From Bacillota bacterium (lineage in GTDB: Bacteria; Bacillota; JAAYKD01), in the NCBI GenBank assembly GCA_963666425.2, contig OY762825.2, forward strand, positions 2,240,001 through 2,304,000: DNA of 64,000 nucleotides. Reading direction: 5' to 3'. The notes beneath the pieces were generated by a model. It worked only from the letters and a program-made list of their open reading frames with translations. It was not told the DNA's origin and ran no database searches. A program made the position numbers and the translations under genes. Position 1 is the first letter of the stretch. Each line of letters opens with the position of its first letter. Positions 49,372-59,087 of the stretch are shown one piece after another.

Positions 49372-50286
49372 TCATTCGAGGTCGAATAAGGTTGGCTGCT
49401 TTTGCTGATCGTTCTGCCGATATGCGGCGATGATTTGCGGCATTTGATAGAGAATACCAAGCCGGTCACATTCTTTGGCAAAAAGAGCAAAGAGCAGACG
49501 AGCCTTCGGACTGTCACAGCGATAGCGATCGCCATACAGACTTTGGTAACGTCGACTTAAGCCCGGAAAACGGTCATCCAATTGCCGGTAATAGTATTCT
49601 CTCTGGTTGCTCCGTAAGGTCACGCCAAAACCGGGGTAGATGAATTTAGCGCCGCAGTCTGCGGCGCGATGTACAATGCCAAGTACATTTTCTGCCGTAT
49701 CTTCGAGAAAAGGTAAAATCGGCATCATCAGGATGCCGCTGAAAAGGCCGGCATCCGTCAACTGCTTGATGGCGGCAAAGCGGGCAGAAGAAGCAGCAAC
49801 ATGAGGTTCCACCTGTAGGCTGAGCGCATCCTCCGCAGCCGTGACGGTCAGTTTGCAGAGGACGGGGGAGTGCTGACTGATCTGCTGCAGCAGATCAATG
49901 TCACGCGTGATCAGGGGGCTTTTCGTGCAGATACCGATCCCGAATCGATACTGATTAATGCACTGCAAAGCCTGACGGGTCAGACGGTGGCTTGCTTCAA
50001 AGGGATTATACGGATCACTCATCGCACCGGTGCCGATCACACCGCTGCGCCGCTTACAAGCCAGGTTAGCGGCCAGAATAGCAATGGCATTTGCTTTGGC
50101 TCGAACCGTATCGAAGTGCTCTACATGGTAACAGTCACTGCGGCTGTCACAATAAATGCAGCCATGACAGCAGCCTTTGTAAAGGTTCATATTATAATTA
50201 TAACCAAACCACAAACTGCCGTCGGTTTCGGCGTAAGCGGAGAGAATATTTTTGGCTGGTATCAACGGCAGATTCCCATTTTCCAT
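49372..50286 (-). CDS. Radical SAM protein, spore-photoproduct-lyase-like family
   Basis: NLYKGCCHGCIYCDSRS (CxxxCxxC), GAMSDPY, TKS.LI.RD.D. Confidence 0.88.
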   Translation of the reverse strand: MENGNLPLIPAKNILSAYAETDGSLWFGYNYNMNLYKGCCHGCIYCDSRSDCYHVEHFDTVRAKANAIAILAANLACKRRSGVIGTGAMSDPYNPFEASHRLTRQALQCINQYRFGIGICTKSPLITRDIDLLQQISQHSPVLCKLTVTAAEDALSLQVEPHVAASSARFAAIKQLTDAGLFSGILMMPILPFLEDTAENVLGIVHRAADCGAKFIYPGFGVTLRSNQREYYYRQLDDRFPGLSRRYQSLYGDRYRCDSPKARLLFALFAKECDRLGILYQMPQIIAAYRQNDQQKQPTLFDLE

Positions 50287-50337
50287 GCTGCTTCCTCACA
50301 TCAATTTCAGCGTTGCTCTCGGTTCAGAGTCCTCTGT

Positions 50338-52518
50338 TCAGGGTTGTGGTTCCCCTTCGTTTGGCGCTTCCGCTGTAAAAGGGACTTTAAAACTGATTTT
50401 TCGCACCGTATCCAACAGATCAAACTGGATAACATAAGCCGCGAGATCACGGTCAATCCCGATCACTTCACCGGCGCCCATGATGCTGTGTACGATGCGG
50501 TCACCCGCCTGAAAAGCAAGATCGCTGTTTTTCGCCTGCAGCCGATTTTCGCTGTTACTGATTTGCCAAGTGGCATCTTTGATCAGACTGTCATCGAGTT
50601 CATGCGTATAGACCAGCAGAGATTTATCAATATTCAGCAGAAAACGCGACGGATAGCGGTATGAACCATCCAAATTGCTGCCTTCGGAATCGGTCAGGAA
50701 CAACGCTTTTTCCGCGCGGGTGATGGCGACAAAAGCCAAGCGGCGCTCTTCTTCCATGGCTTCCGGCGTAGAGGTTTTTTTGGACGGGAAGACCCCTTCC
50801 TCCAGGCCGCAGAGAAAGACATAAGGAAATTCGAGCCCTTTGGCCGTGTGTACGGTCATCAGTTTAACCGTGTTTTTACCGGTCACTGCGTCGGTATTGG
50901 TCAGCATGGCAACATGGGACAGATAGTGTTCCAGGGTGCTTTCTTCGCCGCAGGTGACCTCGTAATCATAGACCGATTGCTTCAGTTCCGCCAGATTATC
51001 CAAACGTTCCTGATTGCCTTCGGTGCGCAGCATGGTTTCATAGCCGCTTTGATCCAGCACATCGCTCAGCAAGACCGAGATCGCTGTCGTTTGATAACGA
51101 TCCGCAAAGTGTTCGACGAGTGAGAGCAGGTGCTTCGCTTTGGTGTTTTTAAAAATCTCCTCCTCAATACTGTCTTCCAGCGCGGCATAGAGAGAACAGT
51201 GGTTTTTTTCTGCATAATTCTGCAGAAATTTCATCCGGCGTTCCCCAATGTTGCGCTTCGGCAGATTAGCAACCCGGCGAAAGGAGAGGTCATCCTTAAA
51301 AACGATCAGGCGTAAATAAGCCAGGGTATCTTTGATTTCCATACGGCCAAAAAATTGGACGCCGCTGAAGATCGTATAAGGCAGTTCCTCTTTGAGAAAC
51401 ACTTCCTCCAAAGTGCGGGTCAGGAAATGAGCGCGGTAGAGAATGGTGATTTCATGCAAAGACGCACCCTGGTCGACCAACTGTTTGATCTGAGCCACGA
51501 TCCAGTGTGCCTCCAATTGTGCTGTTTTGGCATGATGGTAAATTACCGCAGCACCGGCAGGCAGGGTAGCGATCAGGTCTTTTTTGATCCTGGTTTGATT
51601 CTTGCCGATCAAAGAATTGGCAACAGCAATGATCTCTGGGGTGGAACGATAATTCTGCATCATCATAATCGTTTCTACATGGGGGAACTGGCGGTCGAAA
51701 TCGAGCAGCAGCTGCACATTGGCTCCCCGCCAGGTATAAATCGTCTGATCCGGATCACCGACAATAAAAAGATTTTTATGAAAGCCGCAGAGTACTTTCA
51801 TCAGACGGTACTGCAGGTCATCGATGTCCTGATATTCATCGATCATAATATATTCCAGCCGCTGCTGCCATTTTAAGCGGATTTCCTCATTGGTGTCAAA
51901 AATAAAAAGCGTATATTTAATCAGATCGTTGTAATCAAGCCCGAAGCATTTCTTTTCCTGATAGAGATAGCCATAAAAGATGATTTCAAAGGTTTCGGTG
52001 GCCTCCAGATATTTTTGATGCAGCTGATCAATCGACATGGCAATCATGGCCTCATAATAGTCCGGTTCTCGCAAGATTTTCCGGATCTCAATCAATTCAC
52101 GCGCGCGGGAAAAGGTCATATGGCGCAGCGTCAGATTGCGTTCTTCATAAATGATCTTCAGCATATCATCGATATCCGAATTATCCAGCACCAAAAAACT
52201 TTTAGGGTACGATACCGCATTGCTGTCTTCCTGCAGCACCGAGACACAAAAACTGTGGAAAGTACTGATGTAACCGGTATCGCTGTCACCGGTCAGCAAG
52301 CGGATGCGCTGCTTCATTTCATTGGCTGATTTGTTGGTGAAGGTAACGCAGAGGATATGGGAGGGCATGATCCCGATTTCATTGACTAAATAAGCAAAGC
52401 GGTGCGACAGAGCCCGTGTTTTACCGGAACCGGCGCCGGCAATCACCCGAATAAAGCCTTCGGTTGCAGTGACCGCCTGCAATTGCTGTTGATTGAGGTT
52501 TTTCAAAATATCACTCAT
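50338..52518 (-). CDS. pcrA: UvrD/PcrA superfamily-1 helicase
   Basis: AGAGSGKT, TFTNKSA, DEYQD, GDPDQTIY, QNYRST, TVHTAKGLEF, EEERRL. Confidence 0.9.
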   Translation of the reverse strand: MSDILKNLNQQQLQAVTATEGFIRVIAGAGSGKTRALSHRFAYLVNEIGIMPSHILCVTFTNKSANEMKQRIRLLTGDSDTGYISTFHSFCVSVLQEDSNAVSYPKSFLVLDNSDIDDMLKIIYEERNLTLRHMTFSRARELIEIRKILREPDYYEAMIAMSIDQLHQKYLEATETFEIIFYGYLYQEKKCFGLDYNDLIKYTLFIFDTNEEIRLKWQQRLEYIMIDEYQDIDDLQYRLMKVLCGFHKNLFIVGDPDQTIYTWRGANVQLLLDFDRQFPHVETIMMMQNYRSTPEIIAVANSLIGKNQTRIKKDLIATLPAGAAVIYHHAKTAQLEAHWIVAQIKQLVDQGASLHEITILYRAHFLTRTLEEVFLKEELPYTIFSGVQFFGRMEIKDTLAYLRLIVFKDDLSFRRVANLPKRNIGERRMKFLQNYAEKNHCSLYAALEDSIEEEIFKNTKAKHLLSLVEHFADRYQTTAISVLLSDVLDQSGYETMLRTEGNQERLDNLAELKQSVYDYEVTCGEESTLEHYLSHVAMLTNTDAVTGKNTVKLMTVHTAKGLEFPYVFLCGLEEGVFPSKKTSTPEAMEEERRLAFVAITRAEKALFLTDSEGSNLDGSYRYPSRFLLNIDKSLLVYTHELDDSLIKDATWQISNSENRLQAKNSDLAFQAGDRIVHSIMGAGEVIGIDRDLAAYVIQFDLLDTVRKISFKVPFTAEAPNEGEPQP

Positions 52519-52696
52519 CGAGCTGCCCCGCCTCCTTTGGAATTTACTGACATAATCAGCCTGTTTTGCTTGCTTATTTCCGCAAAGCCCTTGAAATCTC
52601 CTTTTTTACAGCGAAATTAAACAAATTTTTGCGAAGAAAACAAAAGGGTTCTGCCTTACGGGCAGCGAAATAAATTTCTCAATAGGGGGTGAATCG

Positions 52697-54133
52697 ATGC
52701 AGGAACAACTGAAAAATCTGCTGGCCTTGGCAAAACGGCGGGGAGCAAGTTATGCCGATCTGCGCTTTACTCAGGCAATCAGCAAACCGCTGCAGATGAA
52801 AAATGGCGAAGTACAGAGCCTAACCTCCACACAGGAAGAGGGAATCGGCATCCGGGTCATCGTCGATGGCGGTTGGGGCTTTGCTTCCACGCCATCCAAG
52901 CAGACGGAGGATCTGGAAAGAACGGTAGAGCGCGCGATTGCCATTGCTCAAGCGAGTGCTCGCTGTCAATTGCAGCCGGTTGAGTTGACCTATGTGGAAC
53001 CGGTGCAAGCAAAGAAAGCGATACCGGTGCAGCGAGACGCCTTTCAAGTCAGCAGCGAGGAAGTCAGCCATCTACTGCGCGATTGTCATGAGGCAATGAC
53101 ACAGGTAACTGCTGTCAAAAGTACCTCCGGCAGCGTCTTTATGAGCCGGGAAAACAAAATTTTCGCCAGTTCTGAGGGTGCTTGGATTGAACAGGAAATC
53201 AGCATTACCGGTGCAGGTTTCGATGTGCTGGCCAGAGGCAACAATGATGTGCAGCGCAGATCATTCAATATGAACAAGACCGGTGGATTTGAAGCAGTGG
53301 AACGCATGCACTTAGTGGAACGGGCCACGCTGATGGCGAAAGAGGCGGCTGTTTTACTAACGGCGGCAGAGTGTCCGCATCGGGTGGATCATCTGATTCT
53401 GGATAGTTCCCTTGCCCGCCTGCAGGTGCACGAATCCTGCGGTCACCCTATGGAACTGGATCGCGTCCTGGGTTCGGAAGATACCTATGCCGGTAAGAGC
53501 TTTCTGACACCGGATCTCTACGGCAAGAACTATCGCTTCGGCTCGGAAGCCGTGAATTTAACCGCCGATGCCACGCTTGAGGGTGCTTTAGGCAGCTTTT
53601 ACTATGACGACGAAGGGGTTCCTGCCCAAAGGACGGATCTGGTGGAGCAGGGGATTTTCAAAAATTATCTGACCTCGCGCGAAACGGCTGCCGACTACGG
53701 CGGCACTTCCAACGGTTGCATGAAAGCCATGAATTGGGCGAATATTCCCTTGATTCGCATGACCAATATCAATTTGGAGCCGGGTGATTGGTCATTGGAA
53801 GAAATGATTAAAGACACCAAATCAGGGATTTTAGCCTGTACACCCAAGAGTTGGTCTTTGGACGATAAACGCATGAATTTTCATTTTGCACCCGAAATCG
53901 CCTATGAAATCAAAGACGGTGAAATTGTACGCCCTCTGAAAAATGCTGCCTATACCGGCTTAACACCGGAATTCTGGGGCTCCTGCGATGCGGTTGCCGG
54001 CAAGCAGAAGGGCGAGTGGGAAGTTTGGGGCAGCATCAGCTGTTCCAAAGGAGAACCGCATCAAAATATCGGTCCCGGCCACGGCGTTGCGCCGGTTCGC
54101 TTTGCTCAGGTGCAGCTCGGTGTTGGTGAATAA
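52697..54133 (+). CDS. tldD: TldD metalloprotease subunit, copy 1
   Basis: HESCGH metal motif, YDDEG, RMTN, C-terminal CSKGEP. Confidence 0.9.
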   Translation: MQEQLKNLLALAKRRGASYADLRFTQAISKPLQMKNGEVQSLTSTQEEGIGIRVIVDGGWGFASTPSKQTEDLERTVERAIAIAQASARCQLQPVELTYVEPVQAKKAIPVQRDAFQVSSEEVSHLLRDCHEAMTQVTAVKSTSGSVFMSRENKIFASSEGAWIEQEISITGAGFDVLARGNNDVQRRSFNMNKTGGFEAVERMHLVERATLMAKEAAVLLTAAECPHRVDHLILDSSLARLQVHESCGHPMELDRVLGSEDTYAGKSFLTPDLYGKNYRFGSEAVNLTADATLEGALGSFYYDDEGVPAQRTDLVEQGIFKNYLTSRETAADYGGTSNGCMKAMNWANIPLIRMTNINLEPGDWSLEEMIKDTKSGILACTPKSWSLDDKRMNFHFAPEIAYEIKDGEIVRPLKNAAYTGLTPEFWGSCDAVAGKQKGEWEVWGSISCSKGEPHQNIGPGHGVAPVRFAQVQLGVGE

Positions 54134-54238
54134 CCGAAAAAAGACAGGCTGCAAGATATGTTTTCAATCAAGCGTAGAGGTGAGAGCTGCTTGCCGGCAA
54201 GCTAGAAGTGGCCAATCGTAAAAAAAGGGGGAGTCAGT

Positions 54239-55675
54239 ATGGAGGATCAATTTCAGGAGCTCATCGCTCTGGCGCAAAGAAAAGGCGCGTCTTACGCCGA
54301 TGTCCGTTTTACCAAGCAAATCAGCCGCCCTTTGTTCATGCACAACGGTGAAGTCGACAGTTTGTCGGTCAGTGAAGATAAAGGGATTGGCATTCGTGTG
54401 ATCGTGGACGGCGGCTGGGGGTTTGCTTCCACGCCATCCAAAGTAAAAGCGGAGCAGGAAGCAGCGGTGGCGCGGGCAATTGCCATTGCCAAAGCCTCCG
54501 CCAGCTGCAAAATCCGTAATGTTGAATTGAGTCCGCTGGCTGCGGTGCAGGTGAAAAAAGCGGTCAAAGTGCAGAAGGATCCCTTCCAGGTTTCGGTGGA
54601 TGCCATGTCTGATTTATTGCGGCAATGCCATGAGGCGATGGTCAAAGTTCCGCAAGTGAAAACTACCGCCGGCACCATCAGCATGCAAAAATTGCAGAAA
54701 ATTTTCGTCAATAGCGAAGGTGCCTGGATCGAACAGGAACTGACCAGCAGCGGGGCCAATTTAGAGGCTTATGCCAGAGGCAACAACGATGTGCAGCGGC
54801 GTTCTTATCTCAACGGCAAAACTGCCGGGTTTGAGGCAATCGAAGCAATGCAATTGGTGCAGCGGGCAGAAAAACTGGCTCAGGAAGCAGCCGATCTGCT
54901 GCAGGCCGCTGAGTGTCCCCGCGGGCTGAACACCTTAATTCTAGGCGGAGAAATCGGTCAGCTGCAGGTGCATGAATCCTGCGGTCACCCCATCGAATTG
55001 GATCGGGTTTTGGGTTCGGAAGATACCTATGCCGGCCGGAGTTTCTTAACGACCGATAAATTCGGCAAAAATTACCGTTATGGTTCCGCAGCGGTGACCA
55101 TCATGGCAGATGCCACCATCGAAGGTGCTAACGGTTCCTTCTTCTACGATGACGACGGCGTACCTGCCCAGCGCACTACCATCATTGATCAAGGCATCTT
55201 TACCAATTATCTGACGTCGCGTGAAACGGCCATCGATTTTGGCGGGACTTCCAATGGCTCAAATCTGGCCATGAACTGGGCGAATCTGCCTTTGATTCGC
55301 ATGACCAATATTAATTTGGAACCGGGCGACTGGACCCTGGATGAGATGATCAAAGATACGAAACAGGGCATTTTTGTGGATACACCGAAGAGCTGGTCCT
55401 TAGATGACAAACGGGTCAATTTTCATTTCGGCGGTGAAATTGCTTATGAGATCAAAGACGGTGAAATTGTGCGCTTATTAAAAAATCCGGCCTATACGGC
55501 CATCACACCGGAGTTTTGGGGTTCCTGTGATGCGGTCGCCGGCAAAGGTAAAGGAGAATGGGAAGTTTGGGGCAGTACGACTTGTGCCAAAGGGGAACCG
55601 GTGCAGCTCGTGCATCCGGGCCATGGAGCAGCTCCCTTCCGTCTGCGTAATGTAAAGGTAGGTGTAGGAGAATGA
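54239..55675 (+). CDS. tldD: TldD metalloprotease subunit, copy 2
   Basis: HESCGH, YDDDG, RMTN, CAKGEP; same length (478 aa) as copy 1. Confidence 0.9.
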   Translation: MEDQFQELIALAQRKGASYADVRFTKQISRPLFMHNGEVDSLSVSEDKGIGIRVIVDGGWGFASTPSKVKAEQEAAVARAIAIAKASASCKIRNVELSPLAAVQVKKAVKVQKDPFQVSVDAMSDLLRQCHEAMVKVPQVKTTAGTISMQKLQKIFVNSEGAWIEQELTSSGANLEAYARGNNDVQRRSYLNGKTAGFEAIEAMQLVQRAEKLAQEAADLLQAAECPRGLNTLILGGEIGQLQVHESCGHPIELDRVLGSEDTYAGRSFLTTDKFGKNYRYGSAAVTIMADATIEGANGSFFYDDDGVPAQRTTIIDQGIFTNYLTSRETAIDFGGTSNGSNLAMNWANLPLIRMTNINLEPGDWTLDEMIKDTKQGIFVDTPKSWSLDDKRVNFHFGGEIAYEIKDGEIVRLLKNPAYTAITPEFWGSCDAVAGKGKGEWEVWGSTTCAKGEPVQLVHPGHGAAPFRLRNVKVGVGE

Positions 55676-57015
55676 TTGAACGTGAACAGGCTGAGAAAAT
55701 TCTCAAAACCGTCTTGGCTGCTTCAACGGCGGACGAAACCCAAGTCGTACTGAACAGTGAAGACTTAGCGCTGACCCGGTTCAATAATAATTGGATCCAT
55801 CAGCATCTTTTCCGCGAAACCTATACGGTGGAAATCAAGGTAATCAACCAAAAAAGAGTCGGCATCGCTACCGTCAACGCCTTGGATGAGGCTTCTTTAA
55901 GAAAAGGTGTCGCGGATGCCATGCATAACGCCAGTTTCGTCAAACCCAATGCCAATCTCGTGTCTCTGCCGGAGCCGCAGCCGATACGGGAGATCGACGG
56001 CATCAATCAGAATAGCCTGCATTTAACCGACATGGATCGCGCGGATTTGGTCGCTTCGATGATTGCGGTCGCCAAGGAAAACCATGTGGATGCTTCCGGT
56101 TCTTTCAGCAATGAGTTGGCCAGTGTGGCAGTTGCGAATTCTAAAGGTGTGATGTGCTATCATGCCGGCAATGTTCTGCGGCTGCGCAATATTATGGCCA
56201 ATGGTCTGCAAACCGGTTATGCCGAAGCGATGGCGGTCGATGTCAAGGATCTTGATTTTGTCGCGGTTGCCAAGGATGCATTATGGAAGGCTAAATTGAA
56301 GGCGGAACAAAGTTTAACCCTCGATCTGGGTTCCTATGATACAATTTTTGAAGCGCCTGCCGTTGCGGATTTACTGCGTTTTCCCGCATATATTGCTTTC
56401 CAGGGACAGTCTTTTCTGGATGGACGTTCCTTTATGAAAGAGGCGATCGGAAAACAGGTATTCAATCAGCAGGTCAGCATTTATGATGATGCTTACGAAC
56501 CGCGCCATATCGTGATGCCCTTTGATATTGAGGGGGTTCCGAAAAAGAAAGTCGCGATTTTTGAAAATGGCGTTGCTAAGGGTGTTGTTTATGACCATGC
56601 TACTGCGGTGAAACAAGGGGTGGAAAGTACTGGCCATGCCGGCGGCGGTCATCGACCCGGCCCGAATCCCAGTCATTTGCTGATGCTGCCCGGCCAATCC
56701 AGTCTGCCGGAGATGATTCGCAATACAAAGAACGGTGTCTATGTCACCCGCTTCCACTATACCCATTGTCCGGAACCCATGCGCTGTGTGGCTACCGGCA
56801 CCACGCGTGACGGCACTTTCCTGATTCGCGATGGGGAAATTGTCGCGCGCTTAAAGAATCTGCGCTTTACCGAAAGTATGATCGATGCTTTTGCTCATGT
56901 GGATGCTTTGAGCAGCCAGCAATATCTGGTGAAAGACTGGTGGTTCAGCTTCAATATGCTGTTGCCGGCAGTGAAAATCAACCAATTTACCTTCACCGGT
57001 AATACCACTTTCTAA
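55672..57015 (+). CDS. tldE: TldE/PmbA non-catalytic partner
   Basis: TRF.NN.IHQ, FDIEG, STGHA, TG.TRDG; lacks HExxGH; ATGA overlap with tldD copy 2. Confidence 0.85.
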   Translation: MIEREQAEKILKTVLAASTADETQVVLNSEDLALTRFNNNWIHQHLFRETYTVEIKVINQKRVGIATVNALDEASLRKGVADAMHNASFVKPNANLVSLPEPQPIREIDGINQNSLHLTDMDRADLVASMIAVAKENHVDASGSFSNELASVAVANSKGVMCYHAGNVLRLRNIMANGLQTGYAEAMAVDVKDLDFVAVAKDALWKAKLKAEQSLTLDLGSYDTIFEAPAVADLLRFPAYIAFQGQSFLDGRSFMKEAIGKQVFNQQVSIYDDAYEPRHIVMPFDIEGVPKKKVAIFENGVAKGVVYDHATAVKQGVESTGHAGGGHRPGPNPSHLLMLPGQSSLPEMIRNTKNGVYVTRFHYTHCPEPMRCVATGTTRDGTFLIRDGEIVARLKNLRFTESMIDAFAHVDALSSQQYLVKDWWFSFNMLLPAVKINQFTFTGNTTF

Positions 57016-57027
57016 ACAGGTTTTACT

Positions 57028-57065
57028 TGCGCCCATATCGCAAATTCTTCTATGGGCGCATTTTT
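57028..57065 (+). terminator. Terminator after tldE
   Basis: TGCGCCCATA...TATGGGCGCA-TTTTT. Confidence 0.75.
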
Positions 57066-57304
57066 CGTGCTCACGGCTGCAGACAAATATCCGGTCCGGA
57101 AAAATCCGAACTAATTTTGTATAATTTAAAAAATCATTCGTATTTTTCGATTCGGGGCTTGAACTTTTTAACTTCTCTGTTACAATGGAGACATGGAAAA
57201 GTCAAAGATAGCACAAAATTAACAGCACCTTGCCTGCGCGGCTGGTCTTCGGTTCTTTTGCGCAGCTGGGGATGATCTAAAAAACAGAGAGGCTGACTTT
57301 TTTT

Positions 57305-57880
57305 ATGAAATTACTACAGGAACGGATTCAGACCAGTGCGCAGATTGTCGATCATAATATTGTTCGGGTCGATATGTTCCTCAATCATCAGATTGATGTC
57401 GAATTGCTGGACCAAATGGGTGAGGAATTTTATCGTTTATTTGGCTCGCTGGGGGTAACGAAAATACTGACGGCAGAAGCATCCGGCATCGCCATCGCCT
57501 GCCTGGCCGCCTTGCATTTTAAAGTGCCGGTGGTTTATGCCAAAAAAGGCTTTGTCCGCACCCAGGGCAGCAATGTTTACAGCACGGAGATCTTTTCTTA
57601 TACCAGAAACAAGACAACCCAGATTTCTGTGGCGCAGGCCTATTTAAAACCGGAGGATCGTGTCTTGATTATCGACGATTTTCTGGCCTCCGGCAGTGCT
57701 GTGCTTGGCTTAAAAGAGATTGTCGATGCAGCCGGGGCAACCCTGGTAGGCGTTGGAATTGCGATTGAAAAAGGCTTCCAGGACGGTGGGCAAAAGCTGC
57801 GGCAGATGCAGATCAACCTTCGTTCACTGGCGATTATTGCTTCGATTGAAAATGGTAAAGTTATTTTCATGGAAGAATAG
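57305..57880 (+). CDS. xpt: Xanthine phosphoribosyltransferase
   Basis: VDMFLNHQID, TKILTAEASGI, LIIDDFLASG, IEKGFQDG. Confidence 0.95.
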   Translation: MKLLQERIQTSAQIVDHNIVRVDMFLNHQIDVELLDQMGEEFYRLFGSLGVTKILTAEASGIAIACLAALHFKVPVVYAKKGFVRTQGSNVYSTEIFSYTRNKTTQISVAQAYLKPEDRVLIIDDFLASGSAVLGLKEIVDAAGATLVGVGIAIEKGFQDGGQKLRQMQINLRSLAIIASIENGKVIFMEE

Positions 57881-57930
57881 TCGTTGTGAAATAGAACTAA
57901 TTCTTTAATATTTTAAGGAGGAAATCAAGA

Positions 57931-59061
57931 ATGAAGAAACTTTCCAAAGTACTGATCCTGATGCTGGTGTTGGTCACCTTGATTAGCATGACAGCCTGTA
58001 ACAAAACTCCAGAACCGGTCAAAGACCCTGAAGTAAAGTCTGCGTTTGCGGCGGTTGCCAAAAAAGACATTAAAGTTGGCATGATCTATATCGGTTCCGC
58101 AACGGATAAGGGTTGGACTTATTCTCATGAACAAGGTGTTCTTGCCATGCAGAAAACCTTAGAATTGAAAGATGAGCAGATCATCAGAAAAGAATTTGTC
58201 ACCGAAGACAGTGCCTGTGAAACTGCCATGCGCGAACTGATCGAAGCGGGCTGCCAAGTCATTTTCGGCAACAGCTGGGGCTACATGGATTATATGGCGG
58301 AATTAGCCACAGAATATCCCAAAGTGATTTTCTCCCACTGTTCCGGTTATAAGAACAACGGTGTCAATTTCAACAATTATTTTGGCGCGATCAACGATGC
58401 GCGTTACCTTTCCGGTATCGCTGCCGGTTTGAAGACCCAAACCAATAAAATTGGTTATGTCGGCGCTTTCAAAAATCCCGAAGTCATGTCCGGTGCGGAT
58501 GCATTTGCGCTGGGCGTAATGTCTGTTAATACGCAGGCAAAGATTTATTTTGTGGAAACACAAACCTGGTATAATCCGGATTTGGAAAAGTCTGCCGCTA
58601 TTTCTCTCCTGGATAAAGGCTGCGACGTGATCGCACAGCATCAGGATACCACCATGGCTCAAATCGCCGCCGAGGAGAGAGGCGTTTGGGGAATCGGATA
58701 CCATGTAGATATGACAGCCGAAGCGCCCAAAGCGGAATTGACCGCACCTGTTTGGGATTGGAGCGGTTATTACACCGATACCGTCTCTAAAATCATCGCA
58801 GGAAAATGGATTTGTGAAAATTATTATGGCACTCTGAAAGATGGTCTGGTCAATCTGGCTCCTTTAACCAAAAATGTGGCTGCCGGGACAGAAGAGAAAA
58901 TTGCTAAAGCCAAAGCCGCCATTCTCGACGGTTCTCTGGTTGTCTTCCGTGGTCCGGTGACCGATAATACCGGCAAAGAAGTGATTGCCAAAGGCCAAAC
59001 CTATCTGCGGGCTGATGTGGATGCGATCAACTGGTTTGCTTCCAACATTGTCGTAGAATAG
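57931..59061 (+). CDS. BMP-family lipoprotein, probably purine/nucleoside-binding
   Basis: Lipobox MTAC, DKGWTYSH, YLSG..AG, DVIAQHQD. Confidence 0.92.
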   Translation: MKKLSKVLILMLVLVTLISMTACNKTPEPVKDPEVKSAFAAVAKKDIKVGMIYIGSATDKGWTYSHEQGVLAMQKTLELKDEQIIRKEFVTEDSACETAMRELIEAGCQVIFGNSWGYMDYMAELATEYPKVIFSHCSGYKNNGVNFNNYFGAINDARYLSGIAAGLKTQTNKIGYVGAFKNPEVMSGADAFALGVMSVNTQAKIYFVETQTWYNPDLEKSAAISLLDKGCDVIAQHQDTTMAQIAAEERGVWGIGYHVDMTAEAPKAELTAPVWDWSGYYTDTVSKIIAGKWICENYYGTLKDGLVNLAPLTKNVAAGTEEKIAKAKAAILDGSLVVFRGPVTDNTGKEVIAKGQTYLRADVDAINWFASNIVVE

Positions 59062-59087
59062 AGTAAATTTTAAAGTAAGGATGTTGC

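Noticed and set aside
52697-57015. RiPP (microcin-type) biosynthetic cluster around tldD/tldE
   Set aside because: No YcaO, precursor peptide or exporter adjacent; the nearby radical SAM is SPL-like and lacks a SPASM motif.
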